Positions 1 to 8,958 of a stretch of DNA of 32,000 bases are shown piece by piece. The DNA lies in contig NC_007968.1 of assembly GCF_000013905.1 (NCBI RefSeq), positions 9,222-41,221 of the forward strand, in the 5' to 3' direction. Below the pieces are notes generated by a model that did no database searches, was not told where the DNA came from, and saw nothing but the letters and a program-made list of their open reading frames with translations. The position numbers were made by a program, and so were the translations under genes. Source of the DNA: Psychrobacter cryohalolentis K5 (GTDB lineage: Bacteria > Pseudomonadota > Gammaproteobacteria > Pseudomonadales > Moraxellaceae). Positions within the stretch are counted from its first letter, which is position 1; each line of letters begins with the position of its first letter.

Positions 1-230
1 ACATATTTTTTCATGGTCGATATTTTAAGATCATTGCCGCGATTTTCTATAGCAGACAATGAAGGCTGTTTAATACCCATGGTTTGAGCCAGCTCTTTTT
101 GAGAGATCTCTAACTCTTCACGGATACGAGACAGCTGGTTTTCTAAAAGCAGTTGCTCTGCCAGTTGTTTAATACGCGCTTGGCTATCCAAAGAGCGCTC
201 AGCTAACATCTCTTGTAATGTCTTAGTCAT
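1..230 (-). CDS. XRE-family HTH antitoxin (HigA-like); C-terminus lies beyond the window edge
   Basis: ATG at 230-228, 1 nt after the stop of the upstream toxin ORF. My translation is MTKTLQEMLAERSLDSQARIKQLAEQLLLENQLSRIREELEISQKELAQTMGIKQPSLSAIENRGNDLKISTMKKYV, which contains a Cro/C1-type helix-turn-helix. Confidence 0.75.
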   Translation of the reverse strand, partial: MTKTLQEMLAERSLDSQARIKQLAEQLLLENQLSRIREELEISQKELAQTMGIKQPSLSAIENRGNDLKISTMKKY

Positions 231-231
231 G

Positions 232-579
232 TTATGGATCTCCTAAAGTTCTGAGGTGACACTCATACTGTTGGTCTGCAGTGGCTAGCATTTCTTTATA
301 AAAACGCTTTCTATTACCCTTATCACCAATACAAAGCACAATCGCTTGCCGCTTTGGGTCAAAGGCAAAAAAGGCTCTGAGTGGCTTGCCTCTGTGCTGA
401 ATACGCAACTCTTTCATGTTGGTAAACTTTGAATCATACACCGTATCTACTAAAGGGCGACCCAAGCTTGGACCTTGCTGTTCTAAAACCACCAAAGCTG
501 CCAGTACTTTTTCTTGCGTTGATTCGTCTTGCTGATCAAACCATTGGTTGAACAGCTCTGTTGTGATGACAGTCCACAT
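232..579 (-). CDS. RelE/HigB-superfamily type II toxin (Gp49-like)
   Basis: 115-aa ORF. The stretch KELRIQHRGKPLRAFFAFDPKRQAIVLCIGDKG is typical of Gp49/HigB-type RelE-fold toxins as I recall them. Toxin-first gene order, tightly coupled to the XRE antitoxin downstream. Confidence 0.75.
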   Translation of the reverse strand: MWTVITTELFNQWFDQQDESTQEKVLAALVVLEQQGPSLGRPLVDTVYDSKFTNMKELRIQHRGKPLRAFFAFDPKRQAIVLCIGDKGNRKRFYKEMLATADQQYECHLRTLGDP

Positions 580-685
580 ATAAAAACCAATATATAGATT
601 ATAGTCTATATTATACAGCTAATCGAGACAGTCTGCAATTATAGTGAGCAGCTCTTAACAGCCTATGCTTAGTGGCGACCATATT

Positions 686-790
686 TTCTATCGTTAACCT
701 ATACCCAAAACATAAAACCTCTAAACGATAATTTAGCTATCATTTGACTTATATTAGTAATTAAACGATAGTAATATCTTGCTATTATCA
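686..790. promoter_or_regulatory. Candidate res/operator region upstream of the resolvase
   Basis: Three copies of AACGATA: 689-695 inverted, 724-730 and 764-770 direct. The two direct copies are each followed by GCTAT(C/T)A. They lie in the 250-bp gap between the divergent toxin and resolvase genes. Confidence 0.25.
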
Positions 791-831
791 ATGAACATTA
801 ATTATTGAGTCTAAGTAATAGAGGTAGCGTT

Positions 832-1428
832 ATGACCGTTCGTATTTATGTGAGAGCAAGCACTAAGGATCAAGACGCTAAGAGAGCCTTGTCTGACTTG
901 ATTAACTTTAGCCAAAGCTATGATGATAACCATGTGGAGTACGTTGAACATTTCAGTGGTACGAAACTTGATAGACCCGCACTTACTCTATTACTCAGTG
1001 ACGCTGAAGAAGGCGATATTCTGCTGGTTGAAAGCGTGGATAGATTAAGCCGATTATCTCAAGATGATTTTTCGATTCTAAAGCAGCGTATTAAAGATAA
1101 GGGCTTACGATTGGTGGTGGCTGATCTACCAACCACACATACGATGAGTGACGGTATGACAGGTGAGATCCTAAAAGTGATTAACGATATGCTGATCGAT
1201 TTATTAGCGACCATGGCAAAGCTTGATAATGACAAGCGTAGAGAGCGCATTAAACAAGGATTGGCCAACAGTGGCTATAAACCCACTGGTAAGAAAGCCA
1301 ATACAGTGAAACACAATCGTATTAGAGCATTGGCCAGTCAAAACAATATGACAAAAGAAGAGATCGCTAAGGCGGTTGGTGTTGGCGTAGCTACCGTTTA
1401 TCGTGTCTTAAAGCAGGTTAATAGCTGA
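832..1428 (+). CDS. Serine recombinase / resolvase
   Basis: ATG 832 is preceded by GAGG (821-824), so the ORF-track TTG at 805 is less likely. N-terminal VRIYVRASTKDQD catalytic-serine motif and VESVDRLSRL. C-terminal HTH (MTKEEIAKAVGVGVATVYRVLK). Confidence 0.9.
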   Translation: MTVRIYVRASTKDQDAKRALSDLINFSQSYDDNHVEYVEHFSGTKLDRPALTLLLSDAEEGDILLVESVDRLSRLSQDDFSILKQRIKDKGLRLVVADLPTTHTMSDGMTGEILKVINDMLIDLLATMAKLDNDKRRERIKQGLANSGYKPTGKKANTVKHNRIRALASQNNMTKEEIAKAVGVGVATVYRVLKQVNS

Positions 1429-1595
1429 GGTGTTTTAAATATCGACTCAACGTGATCTTTGGGCTTTATCTAAAGGCATCACAACGTCATATAAAAATCG
1501 ATTTAATGCAATAATGCTTCATTATAATCATTATATTGCATTCATAATTGTTTTTACGCAAAATGGCTTATCTATAATCGCTTGAGCCACTCATA

Positions 1596-3176
1596 ATGAA
1601 TACCCCTACCTCAGACCCTATTGGCGCAGCATGGCTTATCCGTCATGCAAGCATCGAGCTGGTTTCCCCTTTATATGTCAGCAGCAGTATCGGTGGGCGC
1701 AGACAAACCTATAAAGACGGTGACGTCATTCATAACGCTTATCAGGAAACCGCGCGTCCACTGGACACAATCATTGCGCACTTACAATTTCACATGCGTC
1801 ATGAAGTACTGAGTTTAGAGTTACTGACTCGTCTGTTTGAGCAGATAGGGGCTGATGATGTACAAGCATGGGTAAACGCTGAGCCCACAGGCAGCTATGC
1901 CCGTAGAATGGCTTTCTTGTATGAATGGCTCATGGGTCAGCAGTTAGCAGTACCGAGTAATTTAGGCGGTAACTATGTGGACGCTTTAGATGCTAAGAAG
2001 CAGGTTACTTCAAGCCCTGCGCATGTCATCAAGAATGCTCGTTGGCGTATCAATGACAATCTAGCAGGAACCCGTCATTTCTGTCCGATACTGGTGAAAA
2101 CAGAGGCCTTTACGCAAGCAGCTGCACTCGATATTGCCATGATGGTTGACAAACTTAACGATGAATTTGGGCAAGACTTACTGATGCGTGCCTCCGTATG
2201 GATGACATTACGAGAGAGTAAAGCCAGCTTTACCATAGAAGGTGAAGGGAAAGAGTTAAAACGTATTGAACGTTTCGCCGATGTAATGGCACGGCGCACA
2301 GGCAAGGGCGATATTCCGCTTGATCCTGAGTCGCTAGCAGAGTTGCAACAAGAGATATTGGGTAGTAAAACTATTATTCAGCAGTACGGCATCCGTCAAT
2401 CACCAGTTTTTGTGTCGCATACTCAGGTCAATGGCTTTAAAGAGATTGTGCACTATATCGCGCCACCTGCTGATGACATTGCTGAAAAGCTCAAAGGGTT
2501 ACAGGCATTTATGGAAAAGACCGAGGGGCAATCGGCACTGATACGTAGTGCGGTTGCTTCCTTTGCTTTTGTATATATTCATCCGCTGGCGGATGGCAAT
2601 GGCCGTGTACATCGCTTCTTAATTAATGACGTCCTCAGGCGAGACCAGGTCATTCATGAGCCGATTATCCTACCTATATCACAAGCCATTGCTGAGCATC
2701 CCTCAGACCGTCATGCCTATGATAAAATTTTAGACCGTGTATCCGTGCCACTTATGGAGCAAATCCGTGATCATTACAGCTTTAATAAACAGGTGATTAC
2801 TTACCCTGATGGTATTCGCTCAAACTTAAATTTTGAAAACACTCACCTTATTCAACCGGCATGGCGCTTTATGGACTTAACGCCTCACGTTCAGTACTTA
2901 TCAGGATTGATTGCTCATGTTATTGAAAAAGAGATGCATAACGAGTCGCAGTACCTAAGAAAGCATGACCATGCACGACTGGCGATAAAAGAGATTGTTG
3001 AGATGCCCAACAGCTATGCCGATAGAATCATTCGCAGCATGCTACAAAATAAGGGTGTTAAAAGTAATAAGCTACTGAAGGATTATCCGTTTTTGGCAAA
3101 TAATGAGGTTTGGGACGATATTTTCTCTGTCGTTGTAGAAACTTTTAAAGATGAAGCAGATGGTTTGAATAGTTAG
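1596..3176 (+). CDS. Fic-family protein (AMPylase-type), class II with an internal inhibitory helix
   Basis: Fic motif HPLADGNGRVHR starts at 2580 (HxFx(D/E)GNGRxxR pattern). An upstream (S/T)xxxE(G/N) inhibitory motif, SFTIEG, lies at 2226-2243 in the same polypeptide. Confidence 0.9.
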   Translation: MNTPTSDPIGAAWLIRHASIELVSPLYVSSSIGGRRQTYKDGDVIHNAYQETARPLDTIIAHLQFHMRHEVLSLELLTRLFEQIGADDVQAWVNAEPTGSYARRMAFLYEWLMGQQLAVPSNLGGNYVDALDAKKQVTSSPAHVIKNARWRINDNLAGTRHFCPILVKTEAFTQAAALDIAMMVDKLNDEFGQDLLMRASVWMTLRESKASFTIEGEGKELKRIERFADVMARRTGKGDIPLDPESLAELQQEILGSKTIIQQYGIRQSPVFVSHTQVNGFKEIVHYIAPPADDIAEKLKGLQAFMEKTEGQSALIRSAVASFAFVYIHPLADGNGRVHRFLINDVLRRDQVIHEPIILPISQAIAEHPSDRHAYDKILDRVSVPLMEQIRDHYSFNKQVITYPDGIRSNLNFENTHLIQPAWRFMDLTPHVQYLSGLIAHVIEKEMHNESQYLRKHDHARLAIKEIVEMPNSYADRIIRSMLQNKGVKSNKLLKDYPFLANNEVWDDIFSVVVETFKDEADGLNS

Positions 3177-3384
3177 AACAAACCCTGCTATACGCAGGAA
3201 AGTCTGCCTTGATAATCAAGCTCAAGCTAGTATCAGTATCATCGTTGCAATAATGATTCGTTTATAAAAGATTCGGCTAACATACCGTAGCCTAAAGCGT
3301 AATTAGTATTTTTCTTGAGCCTATTTAATTTAATGAAATACTGATAGGAGGCTATTTTGATTTGACAAGCATGAATATATATAA

Positions 3385-3957
3385 TTAAAATAATTTTGAG
3401 TATTTGAGTATTTGAGTATTTGAGTATTTGAGTATTTGAGTATTTGAGTATTTGAGTATTTGAGTATTTGAGTATTTGAGTATTTGAGTATTTACCTTAG
3501 TACAAGCAATACATTGCATCTGACGGTTAAGTCCATCCTCATAGTCCTTTTTAACAATAGCAGCGAGCATATCAAGCATAATCGAATTAATGGTCTGTAA
3601 TATGCTGATCATAAATTCAATGCTACTCTCAGATTGAGGCGTCATACAAGAGATCGGCAGCTCTTTTGATACGATAGAGAGCTTTTTTTCTGATAGCATT
3701 CTTTTGAGCGTATCCCAATCAGCTTGGTTCAAACGCGCCAAGCGATCAATCTGCTCAACCAAGATAACATCGGCCTTATGAGCATCTTCAATCAGCTGCA
3801 TAAGCGTGGGTCGCACCAAGGTAGCGCCTGATTCGTTTTAGACATAGAAGGCAGCAATTTTGTGGCCATGATCGTTGGCAAATGCTATGAGTTCGCTTTT
3901 GGCACGTTTAGCATCTTGTTCTTTGGTAGACGCTCGTAGATACGCTCTGATAAACAT
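3385..3957 (-). pseudogene. Serine recombinase pseudogene (in-frame TAA plus C-terminus replaced by a tandem repeat)
   Basis: The minus-strand reading from ATG 3957 gives MFIRAYLRASTKEQDAKRAKSELIAFANDHGHKIAAFYV, then TAA at 3840-3838. It continues in the same frame as NESGATLVRPTLMQLIEDAHKADVILVEQIDRLARL. After about 130 residues the frame runs into the 8-bp repeat (NTQILKYS x4) and no HTH domain is present. Confidence 0.85.
3393..3494. repeat. Octanucleotide tandem repeat TATTTGAG, 11 perfect copies (3401-3488) plus partial flanking copies
   Basis: Read directly from the sequence. The unit length is not a multiple of 3. Confidence 0.97.
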
Positions 3958-4076
3958 AAACACCTAAAATAGTCTGTTATAAGTGGTTCCATTATACCAG
4001 TCTGTTTTAAGTGGTCTGTTAATAGGTTTGAAGGCCGAAATAACTGGTTCCCTTGGGGTATACTTTTAAGAACTGA

Positions 4077-4532
4077 CTAAGATTTATCATTTTTTAGCAG
4101 TTGCTCCGCTATTCTTTCTTCCCATTCAGTTTTAGAAAGACGACCTGTATTTTGCATCTTTATATCTTTTAAAACCTTATGATGAGCATCAAGGTGGTTA
4201 ATCATATTGATAATATTATTTTGCTGACGCTTTGTTTCAGCGAGCTTTTGGGTAATAACACTCAATTGTTTATCAACATCAATCGTGCCATCGTAATAAT
4301 CATTCAGGAATTCTTTAAATTCATTCAGATTAAACCCGATGGCTTGCGCACTCTTAATCATTTCAATACGCTCAACACATTCTGGATGAAATTCAGTGTA
4401 CAGTCTTGAGCCTGCTTGGCATTTGCGAGATTTCAATAATCCCATTTCATAGTAATGGCGAACCGTATCTTTGGTGGTGTTAGCTTGCGCTGCTAACGCC
4501 CCTATTAATAAAAAAGATGAGTGTGACGGCAT
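4077..4532 (-). CDS. MerR-family transcriptional regulator
   Basis: ATG 4532 is preceded by GGAGG (4540-4544 on the minus strand), so the ORF-track TTG at 4547 is rejected. N-terminal MerR HTH (LLIGALAAQANTTKDTVRHYYEMGLL) and a coiled-coil C-terminus. Confidence 0.85.
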   Translation of the reverse strand: MPSHSSFLLIGALAAQANTTKDTVRHYYEMGLLKSRKCQAGSRLYTEFHPECVERIEMIKSAQAIGFNLNEFKEFLNDYYDGTIDVDKQLSVITQKLAETKRQQNNIINMINHLDAHHKVLKDIKMQNTGRLSKTEWEERIAEQLLKNDKS

Positions 4533-4604
4533 AGCATAACCTCCCAAAAATGAACTTCATTTAGCTTTTACTCTTATGACCTATGTAGAAGCACTATAGA
4601 TAAA

Positions 4605-5051
4605 TTATTCAGCTAACATTACTTCTAGCTTGGGTTTAATAATAAGTGACACAATAACTGAAAACACGATGCCGATCGGTAAGGCTGCCAGTAAAGTGGT
4701 AGCCCAAACAGCAGCAAGAGAGTTCCAATCAGAGAAACCATTGGTGTTAATGGTAGTAATCACTGCCATAATGGATTCCATTGTCACTGCCATACATAAG
4801 CCAAAAATAACGTTCATTTTAACTTTTGAGATATTGGGCAATATTGCCGCTAAAGCTTTATGAATCAGCATGGCAATAATGCCACCAATGGGTGCAATGA
4901 AAACCACGCATAGCGCAAAAGAGCTTATCCAAGACGCTAAAAACCTCTCATTAAACTCTATACTTTTCCAGGTCATGACAAAAGTGAGTGTGCCACCAAT
5001 AACGATGACTATGCTGAGAATGATACCTATTTTTTTAAGAAGTTTAGGCAC
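4605..5051 (-). CDS. Small integral membrane protein (DUF2798-like, 4 TM)
   Basis: 148-aa ORF with four hydrophobic segments, lying immediately upstream of the MerR gene on the same strand. The family call is from memory of MerR-linked DUF2798 proteins. Confidence 0.55.
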   Translation of the reverse strand: MPKLLKKIGIILSIVIVIGGTLTFVMTWKSIEFNERFLASWISSFALCVVFIAPIGGIIAMLIHKALAAILPNISKVKMNVIFGLCMAVTMESIMAVITTINTNGFSDWNSLAAVWATTLLAALPIGIVFSVIVSLIIKPKLEVMLAE

Positions 5052-5286
5052 TGGACTATCCGTACTAGATGAAGGGCAGGTAGTCTAAGCTTATTTTTTC
5101 GATAAGTGCAGTCTTGTTCTTCAAGATTTTTTCTGTACAAACAACAGAAACGAGTAGAGCAGAAGGTAAGATGGAAAAATACCTCATCTAGAGATTTTAT
5201 AGTTATTAAACTCATATCTAACACTAGCAATTCGATACCTGTATAGCGCACCGATCACAAACAGAATATGTTAGGTACACTACGAA

Positions 5287-5364
5287 GTACACTGTGACTA
5301 TTTAAGTGCGCAAAACCATTGATACCATTAGCTTACAGCCGAAGATTCAAGTCCTCACTAGGGA
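5287..5364 (+). repeat. 78-bp element, copy A; inverted partner at 24343-24420
   Basis: The outer 8 bp (GTACACTG) and the inner 41 bp (36/41 identical, the last 19 bp TTCAAGTCCTCACTAGGGA perfect) are shared with the reverse complement of 24343-24420. The 29-bp middle is unrelated but of equal length. Confidence 0.9.
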
Positions 5365-5828
5365 ACCGAACCAGTGAAATTGGTTTGTCATAGGCATACT
5401 TACAATAGATTATAGTGCAATGGGAAGATAGAACTAAGACAATTAAAGAGCTGATTAAAGAACTCCAAAGTTTTGAGGATCAAAACTTGATTGTTATGAT
5501 AACTAATGATGAAGGTGAAACATTTAACTCGGTAAAGTTGGTTAGCAAAGGGTTTGTAGCTAATAAAGATGATCCTGATAAATATAAGAAAATTTATTGT
5601 GCTTTACACTTCTAAGCTTTAAGACCATCTAAGACAGTTAGTTAGTTTTTTAATCCCTAAACCCATGAAAATCGGTTGGGGGGTGATTTTTTTGCCGTGT
5701 GCAGAGAAAAGCAAGTCAAAGATTTTTTTTACTAGCTGCTTTAGCGATAACCATTATTTAAGATAATCTCGTTAAAGCAGCTATGACCTAACCTTTAAAT
5801 GTTAAAAGTTAAGGGTAAATTTGAAAAA

Positions 5829-6992
5829 TTAAGGAGTTAAAATGACTTTACGACATTCTTCTTCACGCTTTTCGAAAATTTCATAACCTTTAGCAGCGTC
5901 AGACAAATTCATACGGTGAGTAATAATAGCTTCAGGTGATAAATCACCATTTTCAATATACTCTAATAATTGTGGTAGATACTTGTGTACATGGGTTTGG
6001 CCCATTTTGAAAGTAAGCCCTTTATCAAAAGCATCACCAAATAAGAAACCATGAATGGGTCCTGCATACACACCCGGAACACTAACGACCCCGCCACGAC
6101 GCACAGCTGCAATACATTGACGTAAAGCTGCACCACTTGACCCTTCAATTTTTAAATTGGTCATTATTGTTTCTAGCATGCTGCCTTTGGCTTCAAAGCC
6201 AATCGCATCGATAACGCTGTCAACGCCGCGATGCCCTTTGGTCTGTTCAATAATAAATTCAGCAGCATCTACCTTATCGAAATTAACCGGAATAGCACCG
6301 TAGGTATCTTTCGCGTACTGCAAACGGTAGTCATTATGATCTACCACGAAGATCTGCTCAGCGCCTAACATTTTGGCACAAGCTGCTGATAACAACCCCA
6401 CAGGACCCGCACCATAAATAGCTACGGTTGAACCTTTAGTAATATTGGCATTAGTCACCGCCTGCCAAGCAGTCGGTAAAATATCTGATAAAAATAAAAC
6501 CTTCTCATCTGACAGTGAGCCATTTACTTTGAACGGATTAAAATTACCTTTAGGAACCCGTACAAATTCTGCTTGTCCACCAGGAATCCCACCATATAAA
6601 TGGCTAAAACCAAATAAAGCAGCCGGTGGCGGAATTATTTTTTTATTAATAGCAGCGCCTGGGCCTGTATTTGTAGTCTCACAAGCGGACATTAGGTCAT
6701 GCTGACAGAAAAAGCAGTTACCACATGCAATAACAAAAGGAATAACAACTCTATCGCCTTTTTTAACAGCAGTGACTTCAGAGCCTACTTCTTCAACCAC
6801 GCCCATAAACTCATGACCGAAGATATCGCCTTCCTCGGTTGCAGGCATTTTGCCACGATACAGGTGTAAATCTGAGCCACAAATTGCAGTCGCAGTCACA
6901 CGTAAAATAACATCATCTTTTTCTTGCAGTTTAGGCTCTGGGACATTGTCCACTCGCACATCTTTAGCACCGTGGTAAGTTAAAGCACGCAT
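5829..6992 (-). CDS. Zn-dependent alcohol dehydrogenase family, formaldehyde-dehydrogenase-like
   Basis: 387 aa. Catalytic-Zn motif region ([16 protein letters not shown]), structural-Zn Cys cluster (ACGNCFFCQ), Rossmann GAGPVG. Overall layout resembles glutathione-independent formaldehyde dehydrogenases. GGAG Shine-Dalgarno motif upstream of the ATG. Confidence 0.85.
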   Translation of the reverse strand: MRALTYHGAKDVRVDNVPEPKLQEKDDVILRVTATAICGSDLHLYRGKMPATEEGDIFGHEFMGVVEEVGSEVTAVKKGDRVVIPFVIACGNCFFCQHDLMSACETTNTGPGAAINKKIIPPPAALFGFSHLYGGIPGGQAEFVRVPKGNFNPFKVNGSLSDEKVLFLSDILPTAWQAVTNANITKGSTVAIYGAGPVGLLSAACAKMLGAEQIFVVDHNDYRLQYAKDTYGAIPVNFDKVDAAEFIIEQTKGHRGVDSVIDAIGFEAKGSMLETIMTNLKIEGSSGAALRQCIAAVRRGGVVSVPGVYAGPIHGFLFGDAFDKGLTFKMGQTHVHKYLPQLLEYIENGDLSPEAIITHRMNLSDAAKGYEIFEKREEECRKVILTP

Positions 6993-7200
6993 AATTTCTC
7001 CAATTAAGCAAAGATTGCAAAATCTCGATAAACAATAATCTGTGATAATACAAGATGAAAGTTATTAGAATCAGTGGTTTATGTTATCTAAGTTAAGTAT
7101 TACTCAATTATATTAGCACCTTGAAAAACAAGATTTATAATCAACGTGTGTTAAAAAGGTTGCGTGTTGTAAGTAAAAAATTGTAGTGGTCAACTAATTT

Positions 7201-7442
7201 AGGACACTAATAAAATTCAAACCTACATCGCCATTCCTTATAAACCTGAGTCGAGAACGGATAATAATTATAAGCGTTGGGGCAACTTTTATGACCGCCA
7301 AGATCTGTTAGTAGGTGACGAATTATGGCAGCTTGTGTCAGGTGGTCAGTTTTCACTCAATGATATGGTTGATATTTTTAGAGAGGTCGGTGCTGAGTCT
7401 AAAGAAGATATCGAGAAGGCTTTAAATACAGATCATTTTTGA
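7201..7442 (+). pseudogene. C-terminal gene remnant without a start codon (possibly restriction-endonuclease-like)
   Basis: Open frame DTNKIQTYIAIPYKPESRTDNNYKRWGNFYDRQDLLVGDELWQLVSGGQFSLNDMVDIFREVGAESKEDIEKALNTDHF, bounded upstream by TAG, with no ATG or RBS. The family resemblance is only a vague recollection. Confidence 0.3.
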
Positions 7443-7599
7443 ATCAACAGCTTAGTTATATTAAATCAGTAAATGAATCCGTCACTCTGCTCGTCTACAA
7501 TGAAAGCTTCATAATCTCATTAAAAAACTATTGTTTCTCTAGGGAATTTAGAACATATAAAAAATGCCCCCCTACTACTTGACGTAATAAGGGGGGGTA

Positions 7600-7675
7600 T
7601 AGAGCCTTTCCTAAAAAGTGTGTAACTATCATTTAGATTGTAGAAGTACTTACACGAAATTTAGGAAAGGCTCTA
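7600..7675. repeat. 76-bp imperfect palindrome (16-bp perfect outer arms)
   Basis: TAGAGCCTTTCCTAAA (7600-7615) pairs with TTTAGGAAAGGCTCTA (7660-7675). Inner GTGTAA/TTACAC also pair. Lies about 30 bp from the ColE2-type ori. Confidence 0.9.
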
Positions 7676-7704
7676 ATAAAAAGATGCCGGAAGAATACCC
7701 CAAA

Positions 7705-7740
7705 CGGCTGTTATCTGATTTAGGCTTATCCAGTGCAACT
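7705..7740 (-). other. ColE2-type origin of replication (ori)
   Basis: The minus strand reads CACTGGATAAGCCTAAATCAGATAACAGCCG. This matches my memory of the ColE2-P9 ori core, AGACCAGATAAGCCTTATCAGATAACAGCGCC. It sits directly downstream of the rep stop, as in ColE2. Confidence 0.65.
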
Positions 7741-7742
7741 TT

Positions 7743-8624
7743 TTAAAGCTTACCTAGTTTCTTATGATTATAATAAGTTCTTCTCGAAATACCTAAGTCT
7801 TCCCAAGGCTTCATAGATTGCTCTGACGTAGCTATAGGCTTACGTTTAGATACCTTACCGCCTTTACTACCCTTAAGTGCCTGCCGATAAATAAACTCAT
7901 TATAGTGATAAGCATCACGCTTCCAACAGTATTTAGCAATGCTTTTTGCAGTAGCCTTGATTTCTGAGTACGGTAACGGCTCTGAAAACATCATATTCAC
8001 GCTTTGAGCGTGCTTAAGTACTGAACTGTACCATTGATCCCAAGTCTTGCCTCGATGCTCTCTAATGGCAGAATAAGCCCAATGGCGAACGGTATCGAAC
8101 AGGGAGCAGTTCCTTCCAAGCCCATATTCTTTCTCGTTAGACGTTAAAGGTCTGAGATCTACGAACTCCGCAAGATAATTTAGCTCATAGGCTTCTTTCG
8201 TCCATACTTCGGTACGCCAATGTTCGTGCAGGGGGTTTTTGGTGATGAAATTGGTATAACCAACGTCTGCGCGACTTGCTCTGACAAGCCCTGCTTGTAT
8301 CTTAGCGAGATAATCTAAGGCTTTACGACTGCCATGCTCACTGGTACAAACAGGCGTTTTTAGCTCATAGACGATATGGGCGTGTCCGTTTGAGGGGTTT
8401 TGGCTTGTCCACCGTGGCGGTGGTAGGTATTCTTCTGCCCATCGCATAGCGCCATGCTCATGATCAATGTCTAAGCAGATAAAATGAGTCATGCAAGGGG
8501 GGTTGTGCTGGATGTACCGCATTTTGACGGCAGTTTGCCTAGGACGAATGACAAGATTACCTAAACCATCGGTGCAATAGGGCTTGTAGGGGAGTGTTTC
8601 GTATATTTCCGGTAGTAATAACAT
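7743..8624 (-). CDS. rep: ColE2/pAL5000-type replication initiator (primase-like Rep, Replicase family)
   Basis: LPYKPYCT, NGHAHIVYEL, YGLGRN, KSIAKY and KPWEDLGISRRTYY align with the ColE2 Rep sequence as I remember it. The ATG at 8624 gives 293 aa, close to the size I recall for ColE2 Rep. The ORF track extends to a GTG at 8699. Confidence 0.85.
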   Translation of the reverse strand: MLLLPEIYETLPYKPYCTDGLGNLVIRPRQTAVKMRYIQHNPPCMTHFICLDIDHEHGAMRWAEEYLPPPRWTSQNPSNGHAHIVYELKTPVCTSEHGSRKALDYLAKIQAGLVRASRADVGYTNFITKNPLHEHWRTEVWTKEAYELNYLAEFVDLRPLTSNEKEYGLGRNCSLFDTVRHWAYSAIREHRGKTWDQWYSSVLKHAQSVNMMFSEPLPYSEIKATAKSIAKYCWKRDAYHYNEFIYRQALKGSKGGKVSKRKPIATSEQSMKPWEDLGISRRTYYNHKKLGKL

Positions 8625-8713
8625 CACGCACACTTGTATTGGTGCGCCTGCTGATATAAAATGTCCGTATCGAAAAATGGGTTTTATATCTGCTGACACA
8701 GATTAAAATTCAT

Positions 8714-8747
8714 CTAACCCCCAGAGATTGCCGTCTCTGGGGGTTAG
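8714..8747. promoter_or_regulatory. Perfect 14-bp stem / 6-nt loop hairpin in the rep leader (candidate antisense-RNA target or terminator)
   Basis: CTAACCCCCAGAGA ttgccg TCTCTGGGGGTTAG, read directly from the sequence. ColE2-type rep genes are controlled by an antisense RNA against the leader. Confidence 0.5.
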
Positions 8748-8916
8748 TCGTTTCTAGCACATGAGTTTACGCTCTCATCGCACTTTCGTCAATTGTAAAA
8801 TCCTCGTAAAGCCACGCCACTTAAGGGGCGCAAAAGTTATACCTACGTTATATTACATGGCATAATTGGGCTTTAATAAGACTGTCTGGAGCGTTAGTTT
8901 TTATATACGCTGATCT

Positions 8917-8949
8917 AAAAAAGAGCCCTTTAGTCGGGGCTCTTTTTTG
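8917..8949. terminator. Bidirectional rho-independent terminator
   Basis: A-run, then the AGAGCCC/GGGCTCT stem, then a T-run. Confidence 0.7.
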
Positions 8950-8958
8950 TTAATTACT

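Noticed and set aside
3385-3819. 144-aa ORF with an NTQILKYS x4 tail, as a genuine repeat protein
   Set aside because: It is the downstream part of a resolvase interrupted by TAA at 3840-3838. The repetitive tail is simply translation of an 8-bp microsatellite, and the ORF-track start is a TTG inside the gene.
5287-5364. 78-nt element containing TTCAAGTCC, considered as a tRNA or tRNA fragment (attachment site)
   Set aside because: The sequences flanking the putative T-loop are not complementary in either copy. I could not draw an acceptor or D-arm, and the central 29 nt differ completely between the copies.
5415-5615. 66-aa plus-strand ORF
   Set aside because: It has a GTG start without a convincing RBS and no motif, and it lies in a non-coding stretch beside the 78-bp repeat. 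Support is insufficient to call a gene.
8625-8699. GTG 8699 as the start of the ColE2-type rep
   Set aside because: The extra 25 residues have no counterpart in ColE2 Rep as I remember it, whereas the ATG at 8624 places LPYKPYC about 10 residues from the N-terminus, as in ColE2. This remains uncertain, because neither start has a strong SD.
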